Shown: positions 19,395 to 28,483, counted from the first letter of the stretch. The stretch is 64,000 nt of DNA from Syntrophomonas sp. (GCF_028707975.1 NZ_JAQVZX010000001.1:73-64072); one strand, 5' to 3'. Notes: generated by a model from the letters alone, not told the origin. A program made the numbers and translations.

Positions 19395-19533
19395 GGTTTT
19401 TTTGACTATTGTTCACTTTATTATTATCCTTCAATTCCCTTCCTAAAATACAAAAAGAGGCTTTAAGCCTCCTTTAATTTGAGTGAGGAGTAAGGGGTGA
19501 GAGGTGAGGGACCCTATTAATTCACTTTTCATA

Positions 19534-19755
19534 GGTGGTTATGGCCCTCACCCTACGGGTGCCACTATTATGGTTGCGGTCATGTGGGGTTCCACCGCAA
19601 AAAACCCTTTAGTTGCGCAAGGGTTGAAACGCTGGCGAAGGTGAAAGCGGGCGCTCGAAGACCGCCCTTACAATGCCTTCCAGTCACTATTAAGGTAGCT
19701 GAGCGGTATATTTATGCACACTAATGCATATTTATTACTTTTTGGCCGTAGAATC
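19534..19755 (+). mobile_element. MITE-like family B, degenerate copy (19588-19755) with adjoining sub-element (19534-19590)
   Basis: ggttccaccgcaaaaa ... ttttggccgtagaatc; 19534-19590 matches the reverse complement of 28488-28545. Confidence 0.8.
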
Positions 19756-19759
19756 ATTC

Positions 19760-21892
19760 TTATTCTTCCCATACTATTTCTACTACACTGCTATTGAAGA
19801 TGGGGGTAGTGAATCCGGCTTCTTCTCCATCAACCTTCATCTTTAGGCGTCCGGTCATACTGGTTTCCATTTCAAAAAAGCGAAAGATATCGCTCAATAT
19901 GGCGGAACTTTTCCCTTTATCTATTAGTAAATGCGCTCCATCTTCCAATTCTTCTTCCAGATTAACCACTCTATCTTGTAGCTTGATTAAGGCCCCCTTG
20001 CCCTCCAGGCTGAGCGTCTGCCCGTTTACTTTAACCTGCAGTCGGAGATCCTCCAGATCCGAGCAGGCATCCTTAATCTGCGGTCTTAATTGACTAAGCG
20101 AGAAGCTTACCTGAGAGCCAAAAGCCACTTCCTGCTTTAATTGCCCGGGTTCCCCGTTTACCAGCACTTTTACCGGAACCCATAGCAATGACCTTTCTTC
20201 ATCATTGATGTAATAATGGTAGGTTTTTTCCTGTAACCAGTGCTCGCCTACCCCGGCAAGGTTTAATATATTAGCCAGGCTGTTTACCGCTCTGAATACT
20301 ACTTGGGATCGATCAGGTATTGCTTGATCTGGCTTGACTTCTTGACCGTTGATTAGAACCAAGGGCTTGAGATGAAGCGGCTCCCCGTTGACAAAAACTT
20401 CTCCCTCGCTTAGAGAAAGCAGATCTTGAAGCATAACCCGGGCTTCTTTACCGTCCTTTCCCGGAATGAATTCTATCCGAGTGCCCTCTTCTATTGTACT
20501 TTCCAGAAAAGCCGGACTGTCATTGAGCTTAATCAAAGGAGGGGTTCCCATCTCACCTTTAAATACTTTTACCTCTCCATTTACTTCAATGGTTTTACCC
20601 AAACCGGGTTTACCATAAATATTACCCAGATTAATACCAGAGCTTAAGAGCGCTGCAGATACATCCAGCTTTCCCAGGTTCCAAACCGGAACTTCTCTCC
20701 CATTTACTGATACTTTTATAAAAGGAACCGGAACCCGGGAAAAGGAATAATAGGCTATTCCCAGTGGAGTCACCCCCTGCGGTCCTTGTAAGTGATTCTT
20801 ATCGAGCGTAATTTCCTCCAGGCTGTCACTGCTCTTAATGCCCACCCGGTTCTGGGGCAGGTTCAAGTGTTCGGCTAGCACGGATGCCAGGGAAGGGATG
20901 AGGCTCCCTCCTCCAATGCAAATTACCGCATCCGGAGCCTTTTGATTTAATTCCAATATATTACGGCTGATGTTCTCTAATAATTGGTCCAAGACCGGCT
21001 GCAGTTCCTGAAGAACTTCGCTGCTTTGTACTCTGCTGCAATTACCCAAAACATCCACTATCTCAATATCTGATTGCTGAGAAAGGAGCCGCTTAATCTT
21101 TTCTGCATGGTTAAAATCAAGAAGATAGGTAGCAGCCAGGCTTTCAGTTAACTTATCCCCCCCCTGGGGAACCATGGCATAGGCATAAATACTGCCATTT
21201 TTTACAATAGCAATGTCTGAGGTTCCGGCTCCAATATCTACTAAAGCCAGGTTCAAAAGTCTCATACTGGGGGGTATGGCCAGCGAAAGCGCTGCAATAG
21301 GCTCCAGGGTTAAACTGTAGACTTCCAGGCCGGATTTTTTAAGCGCGGAAAAGAGACTATCCACTACTACCCGGGGCAGAAAGGTGGCAATTACGCGAAC
21401 CCCATACTCAGAGCCCACCTGACCCACCAGGCTCCCTATCTCTTGCTCCTCCAAGCTGTAAGAAATGATACTATAGCCTACACAAAAATAATCTCCCTGG
21501 ATGTTTTGCCTGCCTTCTCCCTGTCCCAACAAATACTGAGCGCGGTGAACCGCTTCAATTTCCAGGGCACGCACCTCTTCCGGGCTAATTTCGCTCATTA
21601 CCGGCCTTCGCTTGACTACCTGCCCCAGAGAGGTTTTTAAAGCACGACCAGCTGCTGCCACCGCTGCGGATTCCAGTTTAATTTGCAATTCAGCTTCAAT
21701 TTGCTCTTTTATGGACTGGATGCCCCGCGCTACCTCTTCCACATCGTGAATCTGTCCATCCATCATAGCCCGGGTCTTATGCTCCATAATGGCGCTGCTT
21801 AGCACCTCATATGATCCTGATTTCTCCTGCATAACCAATCCCATTATCTTCCTGGTGCCTATATCCAGAGCAAGTATTTTTTTACCATCCAC
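19760..21892 (-). CDS. FtsA/actin-like ATPase with long C-terminal extension
   Basis: LDIGTRK, LEPIAA, VDIGAGTSD and GGGS actin-fold motifs; C-terminal repeats of V-x-VNG. Confidence 0.85.
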   Translation of the reverse strand: MDGKKILALDIGTRKIMGLVMQEKSGSYEVLSSAIMEHKTRAMMDGQIHDVEEVARGIQSIKEQIEAELQIKLESAAVAAAGRALKTSLGQVVKRRPVMSEISPEEVRALEIEAVHRAQYLLGQGEGRQNIQGDYFCVGYSIISYSLEEQEIGSLVGQVGSEYGVRVIATFLPRVVVDSLFSALKKSGLEVYSLTLEPIAALSLAIPPSMRLLNLALVDIGAGTSDIAIVKNGSIYAYAMVPQGGDKLTESLAATYLLDFNHAEKIKRLLSQQSDIEIVDVLGNCSRVQSSEVLQELQPVLDQLLENISRNILELNQKAPDAVICIGGGSLIPSLASVLAEHLNLPQNRVGIKSSDSLEEITLDKNHLQGPQGVTPLGIAYYSFSRVPVPFIKVSVNGREVPVWNLGKLDVSAALLSSGINLGNIYGKPGLGKTIEVNGEVKVFKGEMGTPPLIKLNDSPAFLESTIEEGTRIEFIPGKDGKEARVMLQDLLSLSEGEVFVNGEPLHLKPLVLINGQEVKPDQAIPDRSQVVFRAVNSLANILNLAGVGEHWLQEKTYHYYINDEERSLLWVPVKVLVNGEPGQLKQEVAFGSQVSFSLSQLRPQIKDACSDLEDLRLQVKVNGQTLSLEGKGALIKLQDRVVNLEEELEDGAHLLIDKGKSSAILSDIFRFFEMETSMTGRLKMKVDGEEAGFTTPIFNSSVVEIVWEE

Positions 21893-21936
21893 AGCAATAA
21901 TAAGCCTCCTTAAAATAAGAAAAGGGTAAGGGGTTA

Positions 21937-22067
21937 TTGGTCGTCGGTCGTCATTCGTCAGACATCAGAAGGGGGAGGGGGTTATTTCCTACCCCTTCTG
22001 ATTATATAATAATCGCTTATAACTCATTTTTCATCAGTGCTTGTGTCCTCATAGGCAAAGGTAGTTA
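21937..22067 (+). repeat. repeat family C copy with heptamer-repeat lead-in
   Basis: Reverse complement of 11750-11875. Confidence 0.8.
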
Positions 22068-22099
22068 TTTTTGAATCTGGCAAGCCAAAACCAAGTTTA

Positions 22100-22846
22100 T
22101 TAATATCCCCGCCATTTTTGTTTTAAGACCAGCCAGGCAAAGCGTGGCAAGGCCAACTGCCGCTTGAACCGGGTCGGCTCTACCAGCAAGCGGTACAGCC
22201 ACTCCAGGTTTAGATTTATGAAAAGTTTTGGGGCTCTTTTTTTTATTCCCGCCACTACATCGAAACTGCCTCCGACCCCTATACAGACTGCTTTGTCCAA
22301 ATACTTTAGATTACGCCTAATAAAGTATTCTTGTTTGGGAGCTCCCAGGCCCAGAAAAAGTATTTGGGGAGAAAGGGCCTTTATTTCAGCAATAACCGCC
22401 TTTTCCTCTTCCTCTTTAAAATAACCATCCCCCGTTCCGGCTATGAGCAGGCCCGGGTATTTATCCAGCAGCTTCCTGGCTGCTTGTTCAGCTATTCCCG
22501 GAGCTGCTCCCAGGAAAAATATTCTCCAGCCTTTAGCAACTGCTTTTGAACAAAGGCGATCCAGCAGGTCAATTCCGGTCACTCTTTCTTCAAGTAAAAA
22601 GCCCAATTGTCGTGCCGCCCATACTATACCGATACCATCAGGAGTATTCAAGCTGGCCGCATTAATTACCTCCTGTAGCTGTTTATCTTTTTGTGCCTGG
22701 TAAACGATTTCTGCATTTACGGTAATGATATGGGAGGGGATGCTTTCCTCAATACTCTTTTCGATGAAGGCCAGGGCTTCTTCCATATTAACTTGATCTA
22801 TCTGGCAGCCCAGAATATCTATTCTGCTCTTGGTTTTATCTATCAT
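22100..22846 (-). CDS. WecB/TagA/CpsF family glycosyltransferase
   Basis: PDGIG, ERVTGIDL, GLGAPKQE, GVGGSFD and LEWLYRL motifs. Confidence 0.92.
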   Translation of the reverse strand: MIDKTKSRIDILGCQIDQVNMEEALAFIEKSIEESIPSHIITVNAEIVYQAQKDKQLQEVINAASLNTPDGIGIVWAARQLGFLLEERVTGIDLLDRLCSKAVAKGWRIFFLGAAPGIAEQAARKLLDKYPGLLIAGTGDGYFKEEEEKAVIAEIKALSPQILFLGLGAPKQEYFIRRNLKYLDKAVCIGVGGSFDVVAGIKKRAPKLFINLNLEWLYRLLVEPTRFKRQLALPRFAWLVLKQKWRGY

Positions 22847-22918
22847 TTTTTCTCCATAACAGCTCCCGTATTTATTTATTTATAGCCAAGCAGAGATTTT
22901 CCTCTTTTTCACCTTAAA

Positions 22919-22947
22919 ATAAAAAAACCGCCTGGCGGCGGTTTTTT
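22919..22947. terminator. rho-independent terminator
   Basis: aaaaaaaccgcc-tggc-ggcggtttttt directly after the flgF-like stop. Confidence 0.8.
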
Positions 22948-22950
22948 CTC

Positions 22951-23724
22951 TTAGTTTAGACTACCCACCTTTTCAATGGCCTGGCCAATAGTCTCATCCT
23001 CAGCCTGTACCATCTTCTGCAGGGATTCATAGGCTCTGACTACGCTTATCAAGGTAACCATTTCCTTTACCGCATTTACATTGGACTGCTCTATATATCC
23101 TTGTAGTATTTCCGGTCTTTCCACCACCATTGGCTCTTCTGCAGAATTTAAGAGGTTGTCCCCCAGTCGCTCTAGTATCTGCAAGTCATTAAAGTTAACT
23201 ATCTTCAACTGGGCCAAGTTTTCTCCGTTTACATTAATATTCCCCTGCTCGTCAATACTAAATTCCCCTTCGATATTAATAGGAGAGTTGTTGCTATCGA
23301 GTACCGGATAACCGCTGTTGGTACTAAGTATTCCTTCAGAGTTAAGCTTGAACTCTCCACAACGGGTAAAACGCTGACCTTCCGGAGTTTGAATTACAAA
23401 ATAACCCGCTCCGGTGATGGCCAGGTCGCATGGGCTATCGGTTTTTTCAAGGTTGTTATTATCAAAATCGGTATATATACCACTGATGGCAGCCCCGGTT
23501 CCCAGGCGACCAATTACTACCGGCGGTTGCACTTTAAGCTGTCCCTGTCGGTTTTCCTTGCACTCTCCCAGCCGGCTCATAAGCATGTCGGGAAAAGCCT
23601 TGGCCACTGCGGTATTTTTCTTAAAGCCGCTGGTATTGACATTGGCCAGGTTGTTGGCCACTACATCCTGCCGCGCCATTTGCAGCATCATTCCTGCTCC
23701 GGCTGTATATAAACCTCTAATCAA
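22951..23724 (-). CDS. flgF: flagellar basal-body rod protein (FlgF/FlhO type)
   Basis: ANNLANVNTSGFK and EQSNVNAVKEM motifs; TTG 23724 after GGGGG; follows mbl as flhO does in Bacillus. Confidence 0.85.
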   Translation of the reverse strand: MIRGLYTAGAGMMLQMARQDVVANNLANVNTSGFKKNTAVAKAFPDMLMSRLGECKENRQGQLKVQPPVVIGRLGTGAAISGIYTDFDNNNLEKTDSPCDLAITGAGYFVIQTPEGQRFTRCGEFKLNSEGILSTNSGYPVLDSNNSPINIEGEFSIDEQGNINVNGENLAQLKIVNFNDLQILERLGDNLLNSAEEPMVVERPEILQGYIEQSNVNAVKEMVTLISVVRAYESLQKMVQAEDETIGQAIEKVGSLN

Positions 23725-23789
23725 TATAAATCCCCCATTTAAAATAATCCCTAAAAACATTATCGTATATTGGGGGTCAGGGCTTTAAC

Positions 23790-24818
23790 TTATAGTACTC
23801 TCCTGCTTCCTTTTCCTTTAGAATTAGCCAACACTGATATCTCATTTAAAACTCGTCCCGTTCCTATAGCCACACAGGAAATAGCATCATCCGCTATATG
23901 TACCGGCAGGTTGGTTTCCTTGGATAGCAGGGTATCCAAACCATCAAGCAGGGAACCGCCGCCAGTCATTACAATACCATTGTTGACAATGTCGGCAGCC
24001 AGCTCCGGAGGGGTAACTTCCAATACTTTCTTGACCCCTTCAATAACTGTAGCTATGGGCTCTTGGAGAGCTACCCAACAATCTTCGGCGCCAAACTTAA
24101 TGGTTTTGGGCAAACCACTTACCAGATCACGCCCTCTTACTTCTATAAGCCGTTTCCGATTCCCCTCATTAACAAAAGCGGTTCCCACTCGAAACTTAAC
24201 TTCCTCAGCCGTCCTATCACCTATCATAAGATTGTATTCCTTACGAATATAGCGAATAATTGCTTCATCAAACTTGTCCCCTCCTACTCGAAGAGAAGAG
24301 TTGCATACAATTCCACCCAGGGATAGCACTGCTATGTCCGATGTTCCTCCACCGATATCCACCACCATGTTGCCGGTGGCCTCGGAAATATCGATACCAG
24401 CCCCAAGTGCTGCCGCTACAGGCTCTTCAATAATAAAGGCCTGTCTAGCTCCGGAAGAGAGGGTAGCCTGTCTCACGGCTCGCTCTTCCACATCGGTGGC
24501 TCCAGTAGGAATACATGCTACTACTCGGGGTTTGAAGAAGAACTTTCTTCCCATTATCCTTCGGATAAAATAGCTAAGCATTTTTTCTGTGGTATCATAA
24601 TCAGCAATAACGCCTTCTTTTAATGGTCGGATAGCTACAATATGTCCCGGAGTCCTTCCCAGCATCTGCCGGGCTTCTTCTCCCACTGCTATAACTTTAT
24701 TGCTGTTATTATCAATAGCCACTACCGAGGGTTCATTAAGTACTACCCCCCGACCCTTTTTAAAAACCAGTACGCTGGCTGTTCCCAAATCAATTCCTAT
24801 ATCTTCGGTAAACCACAT
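23790..24818 (-). CDS. mbl: MreB-like rod shape protein Mbl
   Basis: IGIDLGT, VDIGGGT and TGGG motifs; directly downstream of spoIIID. Confidence 0.9.
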   Translation of the reverse strand: MWFTEDIGIDLGTASVLVFKKGRGVVLNEPSVVAIDNNSNKVIAVGEEARQMLGRTPGHIVAIRPLKEGVIADYDTTEKMLSYFIRRIMGRKFFFKPRVVACIPTGATDVEERAVRQATLSSGARQAFIIEEPVAAALGAGIDISEATGNMVVDIGGGTSDIAVLSLGGIVCNSSLRVGGDKFDEAIIRYIRKEYNLMIGDRTAEEVKFRVGTAFVNEGNRKRLIEVRGRDLVSGLPKTIKFGAEDCWVALQEPIATVIEGVKKVLEVTPPELAADIVNNGIVMTGGGSLLDGLDTLLSKETNLPVHIADDAISCVAIGTGRVLNEISVLANSKGKGSRRVL

Positions 24819-24905
24819 TACTGCAAAGGCCTCCCCCAAAAAATATACGCTTGTTCATTATTTTACCTTTAATCAGCAGTGATGGCCATTGTTTTTTATC
24901 TATTA

Positions 24906-25157
24906 TCATTCCATACAGGCATATTTTTGCCTGGTAGCCTCTCCTCCTCTGATATGCCTCTCGGCCTTATTTTTATCCAGAATACCCCTCACCTGTTCAG
25001 CTAGATCCCGGTTGATACGTGGCAGCCTTTCGGACACATCCTTGTGTACGGTGCTTTTACTGATGCCGAATACTTCTGCTGTCTGCCGTACAGTATTGGA
25101 GGTTTGCAGTATGTGATGGGCGATTCTGACCGCCCGCTTTCTTATATAGTTCTGCAT
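24906..25157 (-). CDS. spoIIID: sporulation transcription regulator SpoIIID (intact copy)
   Basis: TVRQTAEVFGISKSTVHKDVSERL...NKAERHIRGGEATRQKY. Confidence 0.96.
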   Translation of the reverse strand: MQNYIRKRAVRIAHHILQTSNTVRQTAEVFGISKSTVHKDVSERLPRINRDLAEQVRGILDKNKAERHIRGGEATRQKYACME

Positions 25158-25230
25158 GTTTTCTCTCCCCTTTTTGAATTATTAAAATATATTCAGCAAT
25201 TCTGTACAGAAGAACAAAAAGGGGAGATGT

Positions 25231-25341
25231 CTAATAATTCATCCGATAATAATCTATATTTTGCTTCCAGTTCAAAAGAAGCCGGCATTTCTGCCGCTAC
25301 CACTCCTTGAATATATTCCTCCAGCTTGAGTTCAATACATC
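25231..25341 (-). pseudogene. duplicated spoIID fragments (internal piece fused to 3' end)
   Basis: 25262-25341 matches 28165-28244 (2 mismatches); 25231-25263 matches the spoIID 3' end 27463-27495. Confidence 0.88.
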
Positions 25342-25370
25342 CCATCTGCTGAGTACCAGTATTTCTAATC

Positions 25371-26717
25371 TCAACCAACTTTTTTCAACGCCATCCCAAT
25401 AAGCCTATCAGCATAATCCGCCATAAATAATGGGATATTCAGTAAGTCATCATCAAGGCGCAGGTTATTCAATGAAAAACGAATACGAAGCTTTACCTTA
25501 TCACCGTACTTTTCCTTGTACTTTTTCAAGCTTCTGCTTTCTACATTACTCTCTGATTTAACCTCTACAGGTAAAATGTCATTTTCTCTCTGAAAAAGAA
25601 AATCAACTTCATACCTTGGATTGTCCATCGTCCAATAACGTGGCATGGCTTCAAACTGATTCTGCAATGCTTGCAGAACATAGTTTTCAGTTAAAGCCCC
25701 TTTAAACTCTACAAACAATCTTTTGCCCTCGCCAAAGGCTGAAGGTGCCAAGAGAGATAGTCTGCGCAATAGTCCTACATCTGCCATATATAGTTTAAAA
25801 GCAGACAAATCATCGTAAGCAGAAATAGGCAGTCCCGGCATACTGCTCCGATATATTTTATAAGTCAGGTTAGCATCACAAAGCCACTGCAAGGCATCTT
25901 CATACTCTCTTGCCCTAGCTCCTTCCTTAACGACTTTATAGATAAATTTCTTGTTCTCCCTTGCAAGTTGGGAAGGTATGGACTTCCATATCATCGATAT
26001 CTTTGGAAAGTCCTTTGGGTCAGGGTGCTTGGCGAAATCTCGTTCATATGCTCCGAGAATATTGGATAGTACCTGCTGCATAAGCTCCACATCTCGCTCC
26101 TGTGTCCAAACACGAACTGATTCAGGCATACCTCCAGTCACAAAATACATCTTCAGCTTCTCATAAAGGGGATTGAAAAATGCTTCAGGTATCGGCTCGA
26201 TTTTATCTATAGTATGCATATAATTATTAAGATTGACATCCCCATTAGCTATTAAAAACTCTGAAAAAGTCATAGGCATAATTTCTAAAAAGTCCACTTT
26301 GCCAACTGGAAAGGAAGCTGGTTTAGACAATGCTATACCCAATAGAGAGCCTGCACAGGCTACATGATAATGTGGTGTATTTTCACAAAAATATTTTAGT
26401 GTATTAAGGGCGTTTGGACATTCCTGTATCTCATCAAAAACAATGAGGGTATCTTCTGTCGTATCTATGCTGATGATTTCACTACTGGCCATCATTAGAT
26501 TTTGCAGAATACGATTGACATCCTTGGTACTTTCAAAAAACTGCTTGTATTCGGGGTGCTCATCAAAGTTAAAATATGCAAGATTTTTATAATAACGCTT
26601 GGCAAATTCTTTAAGAAGCCAAGTCTTGCCTACCTGACGCACACCTTTTAAAATAAGGGGTTTTCGATACTTGGAGTTTTTCCAATCCAGCAGCTTCTCC
26701 ATAATCAATCTTTCCAT
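25371..26717 (-). CDS. AAA+ ATPase (AAA_14/DUF4143 type) with C-terminal PD-(D/E)XK nuclease-like motif
   Basis: Walker A GVRQVGKT, Walker B IVFDEIQ, GGMPE and C-terminal EVDF...PVEVKS; ATG 26717 after GGAGG. Confidence 0.88.
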   Translation of the reverse strand: MERLIMEKLLDWKNSKYRKPLILKGVRQVGKTWLLKEFAKRYYKNLAYFNFDEHPEYKQFFESTKDVNRILQNLMMASSEIISIDTTEDTLIVFDEIQECPNALNTLKYFCENTPHYHVACAGSLLGIALSKPASFPVGKVDFLEIMPMTFSEFLIANGDVNLNNYMHTIDKIEPIPEAFFNPLYEKLKMYFVTGGMPESVRVWTQERDVELMQQVLSNILGAYERDFAKHPDPKDFPKISMIWKSIPSQLARENKKFIYKVVKEGARAREYEDALQWLCDANLTYKIYRSSMPGLPISAYDDLSAFKLYMADVGLLRRLSLLAPSAFGEGKRLFVEFKGALTENYVLQALQNQFEAMPRYWTMDNPRYEVDFLFQRENDILPVEVKSESNVESRSLKKYKEKYGDKVKLRIRFSLNNLRLDDDLLNIPLFMADYADRLIGMALKKVG

Positions 26718-26732
26718 AGTTACCTCCAAAAC

Positions 26733-26862
26733 ATCACATTATTATACATTATTTGCGACACTTTATCACATTATTATATAATAATATAACTTCATTTCTA
26801 AGAGCCGTCAATACAAATCACATTATTATAACAAAAGTTTTAATCTAAATCACACTTTTATG
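26733..26862 (-). promoter_or_regulatory. promoter flanked by four 14 bp direct repeats (putative operator)
   Basis: atcacattattata at 26733, 26765 and 26817, degenerate at 26849; TTGACG-17-TATATT at 26783-26811. Confidence 0.75.
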
Positions 26863-26920
26863 CAATTGCTTGATATGTAACATTTATGCTGAGAAAATAC
26901 CTAGTTATAATTTTTTGCAC

Positions 26921-26957
26921 AATTAAACCTGCCCCTAATAAGCAGGGCAGGTTAATT
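26921..26957. terminator. hairpin, probable terminator
   Basis: aattaaacctgccc...gggcaggttaatt. Confidence 0.65.
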
Positions 26958-26989
26958 AGCTTTTGAGCTTTTCTTATTTTACATATCAG

Positions 26990-27163
26990 TTATCCTTTAA
27001 GCCATATATTCGAACACCCAATGCAATCGACACCAATTATTAACACTGTATGTACGGTGCTTTTACTGATGCCGAATACTTCTGCTGTCTGCCGTACAGT
27101 ATTGGAGGTTTGCAGTATGTGATGGGCGATTCTGACCGCCCGCTTTCTTATATAGTTCTGCAT
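26990..27163 (-). pseudogene. truncated spoIIID copy (first 38 codons plus an unrelated 19-aa tail)
   Basis: 27051-27163 is identical to 25045-25157; the frame continues TVLIIGVDCIGCSNIWLKG to a stop. Confidence 0.88.
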
Positions 27164-27196
27164 GTTTTCCCTCCCCTTTTTGAATTATTAAAATAT

Positions 27197-27416
27197 GACT
27201 CTACTGCAAAAACCCCTTTTGTTGCATAAGGGTTGCATAAATATACCAAGCGCTGGCGAAGCCTGATTCGGAACGACACGGGGGTCGTTCCCTACACACC
27301 CTTCGGTCACAGCACCCTGTCGGGCACTTCTGGTGCTCCCTGCAGTCGCTATTAAGGTAGCTGAGCGGTATATTTATGCACGTTAATGCATATTTATAAC
27401 TTTTTGCAGTGACATC
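27197..27416 (+). mobile_element. MITE-like family B, full copy with 6 bp target duplication AAATAT
   Basis: The empty-site paralogue at 25181-25197 lacks the element and has a single AAATAT. Confidence 0.93.
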
Positions 27417-27462
27417 AAATATATTCAGCAATTCTGTACAGAAGAACAAAAAGGGGTGATGT

Positions 27463-28389
27463 CTAATAATTCATCCGATAATAATCTATATTTTGATAGT
27501 ATTTATCTAAAATATCATGATAATTTTTTCCCTGAGCTGCCATGCCATTGGCCCCATATTGACACATACCCAAACCATGTCCATAGCCTTTGCTTTCAAT
27601 TAAAAACTTATCTTCTTTTTTCTTGAAACTCCACCAGGTAGAGGGTAAATGGCAAAGTCGGCGGAACTCTTCGGCGGATATTAAGCGATCATTTAATTGC
27701 AGTTTTTTGCTTCGCCCGGCCGGGGTCTTCTTGATTATTTTTACTTTTTCCGCACTGGATACTCCAGTGAGTTGCTGGAATTCCCTTATAGAGAAAACCT
27801 GGATGCTTTCATAATGCTTGGCATGCTGGCAATAACCACAGTTTACCGAGCGCAGGTAAGGGGTATCCTTACCCCAACTTTCCAAAGCACTCTCCGTTTT
27901 TCCCCCACAAGTGGAATGATACAAAGCATCAATGGGCTCACCATTATAAAGCATGATTTCTCCCCTGGTTTCATTACAGGCTTGCTCAATTCTTTTTTGC
28001 CATAGCTGCTTTGCCTGGGGATGTCTATGCCCAAATTCCTCCCAAGATATGTAAGCCTGACACTCATAGATATTATCGGAAAGATCGGAGTTTAAAGCAT
28101 ATTTTCTTCCATCAATTAGTTTTCTTAAGGTATAAGTTCTAGCTGCCACTGCCTGTGCCTTTAATGCTTCCAGTTCAAAAGAGGCCGGCATTTCTGCCGC
28201 TACCACTCCTTGAATATATTCCTCCAGCTTAAGTTCAATACATCGTTTTTCCTGTGATAAATATAGGCTGATACTGGGCTCCGAAATTTGCTCGCTTTGC
28301 TTGCAGGCGCGGATGAGCATACAAGTAATAAACCCGAGAAAAAAAATTCCGGCTATTATTATCAGCTTGTTTTTTGTTTTTCTACTCAT
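27463..28389 (-). CDS. spoIID: stage II sporulation protein D
   Basis: LEEYIQGVVAAEMP, EALKAQAVAARTY and GYGHGLGMCQYGA motifs. Confidence 0.95.
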   Translation of the reverse strand: MSRKTKNKLIIIAGIFFLGFITCMLIRACKQSEQISEPSISLYLSQEKRCIELKLEEYIQGVVAAEMPASFELEALKAQAVAARTYTLRKLIDGRKYALNSDLSDNIYECQAYISWEEFGHRHPQAKQLWQKRIEQACNETRGEIMLYNGEPIDALYHSTCGGKTESALESWGKDTPYLRSVNCGYCQHAKHYESIQVFSIREFQQLTGVSSAEKVKIIKKTPAGRSKKLQLNDRLISAEEFRRLCHLPSTWWSFKKKEDKFLIESKGYGHGLGMCQYGANGMAAQGKNYHDILDKYYQNIDYYRMNY

Positions 28390-28483
28390 GTATCCATAAT
28401 ATTAAAAGGAATCTGGATTCATTCCAGCTTAGCCGGAATCAAGAAAAAAACAGATAATGCCATTACCTGTTTTAGTAATCTAT

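Noticed and set aside
25193-25378. 61 aa ORF resembling SpoIID
   Set aside because: Chimera of duplicated spoIID fragments that changes frame at the deletion junction; treated as a pseudogene fragment.
26733-26862. Possible mini-CRISPR array
   Set aside because: Repeats are 14 bp with gaps of 18, 38 and 18 bp, bracket a promoter, and no cas genes are present; an operator fits better.
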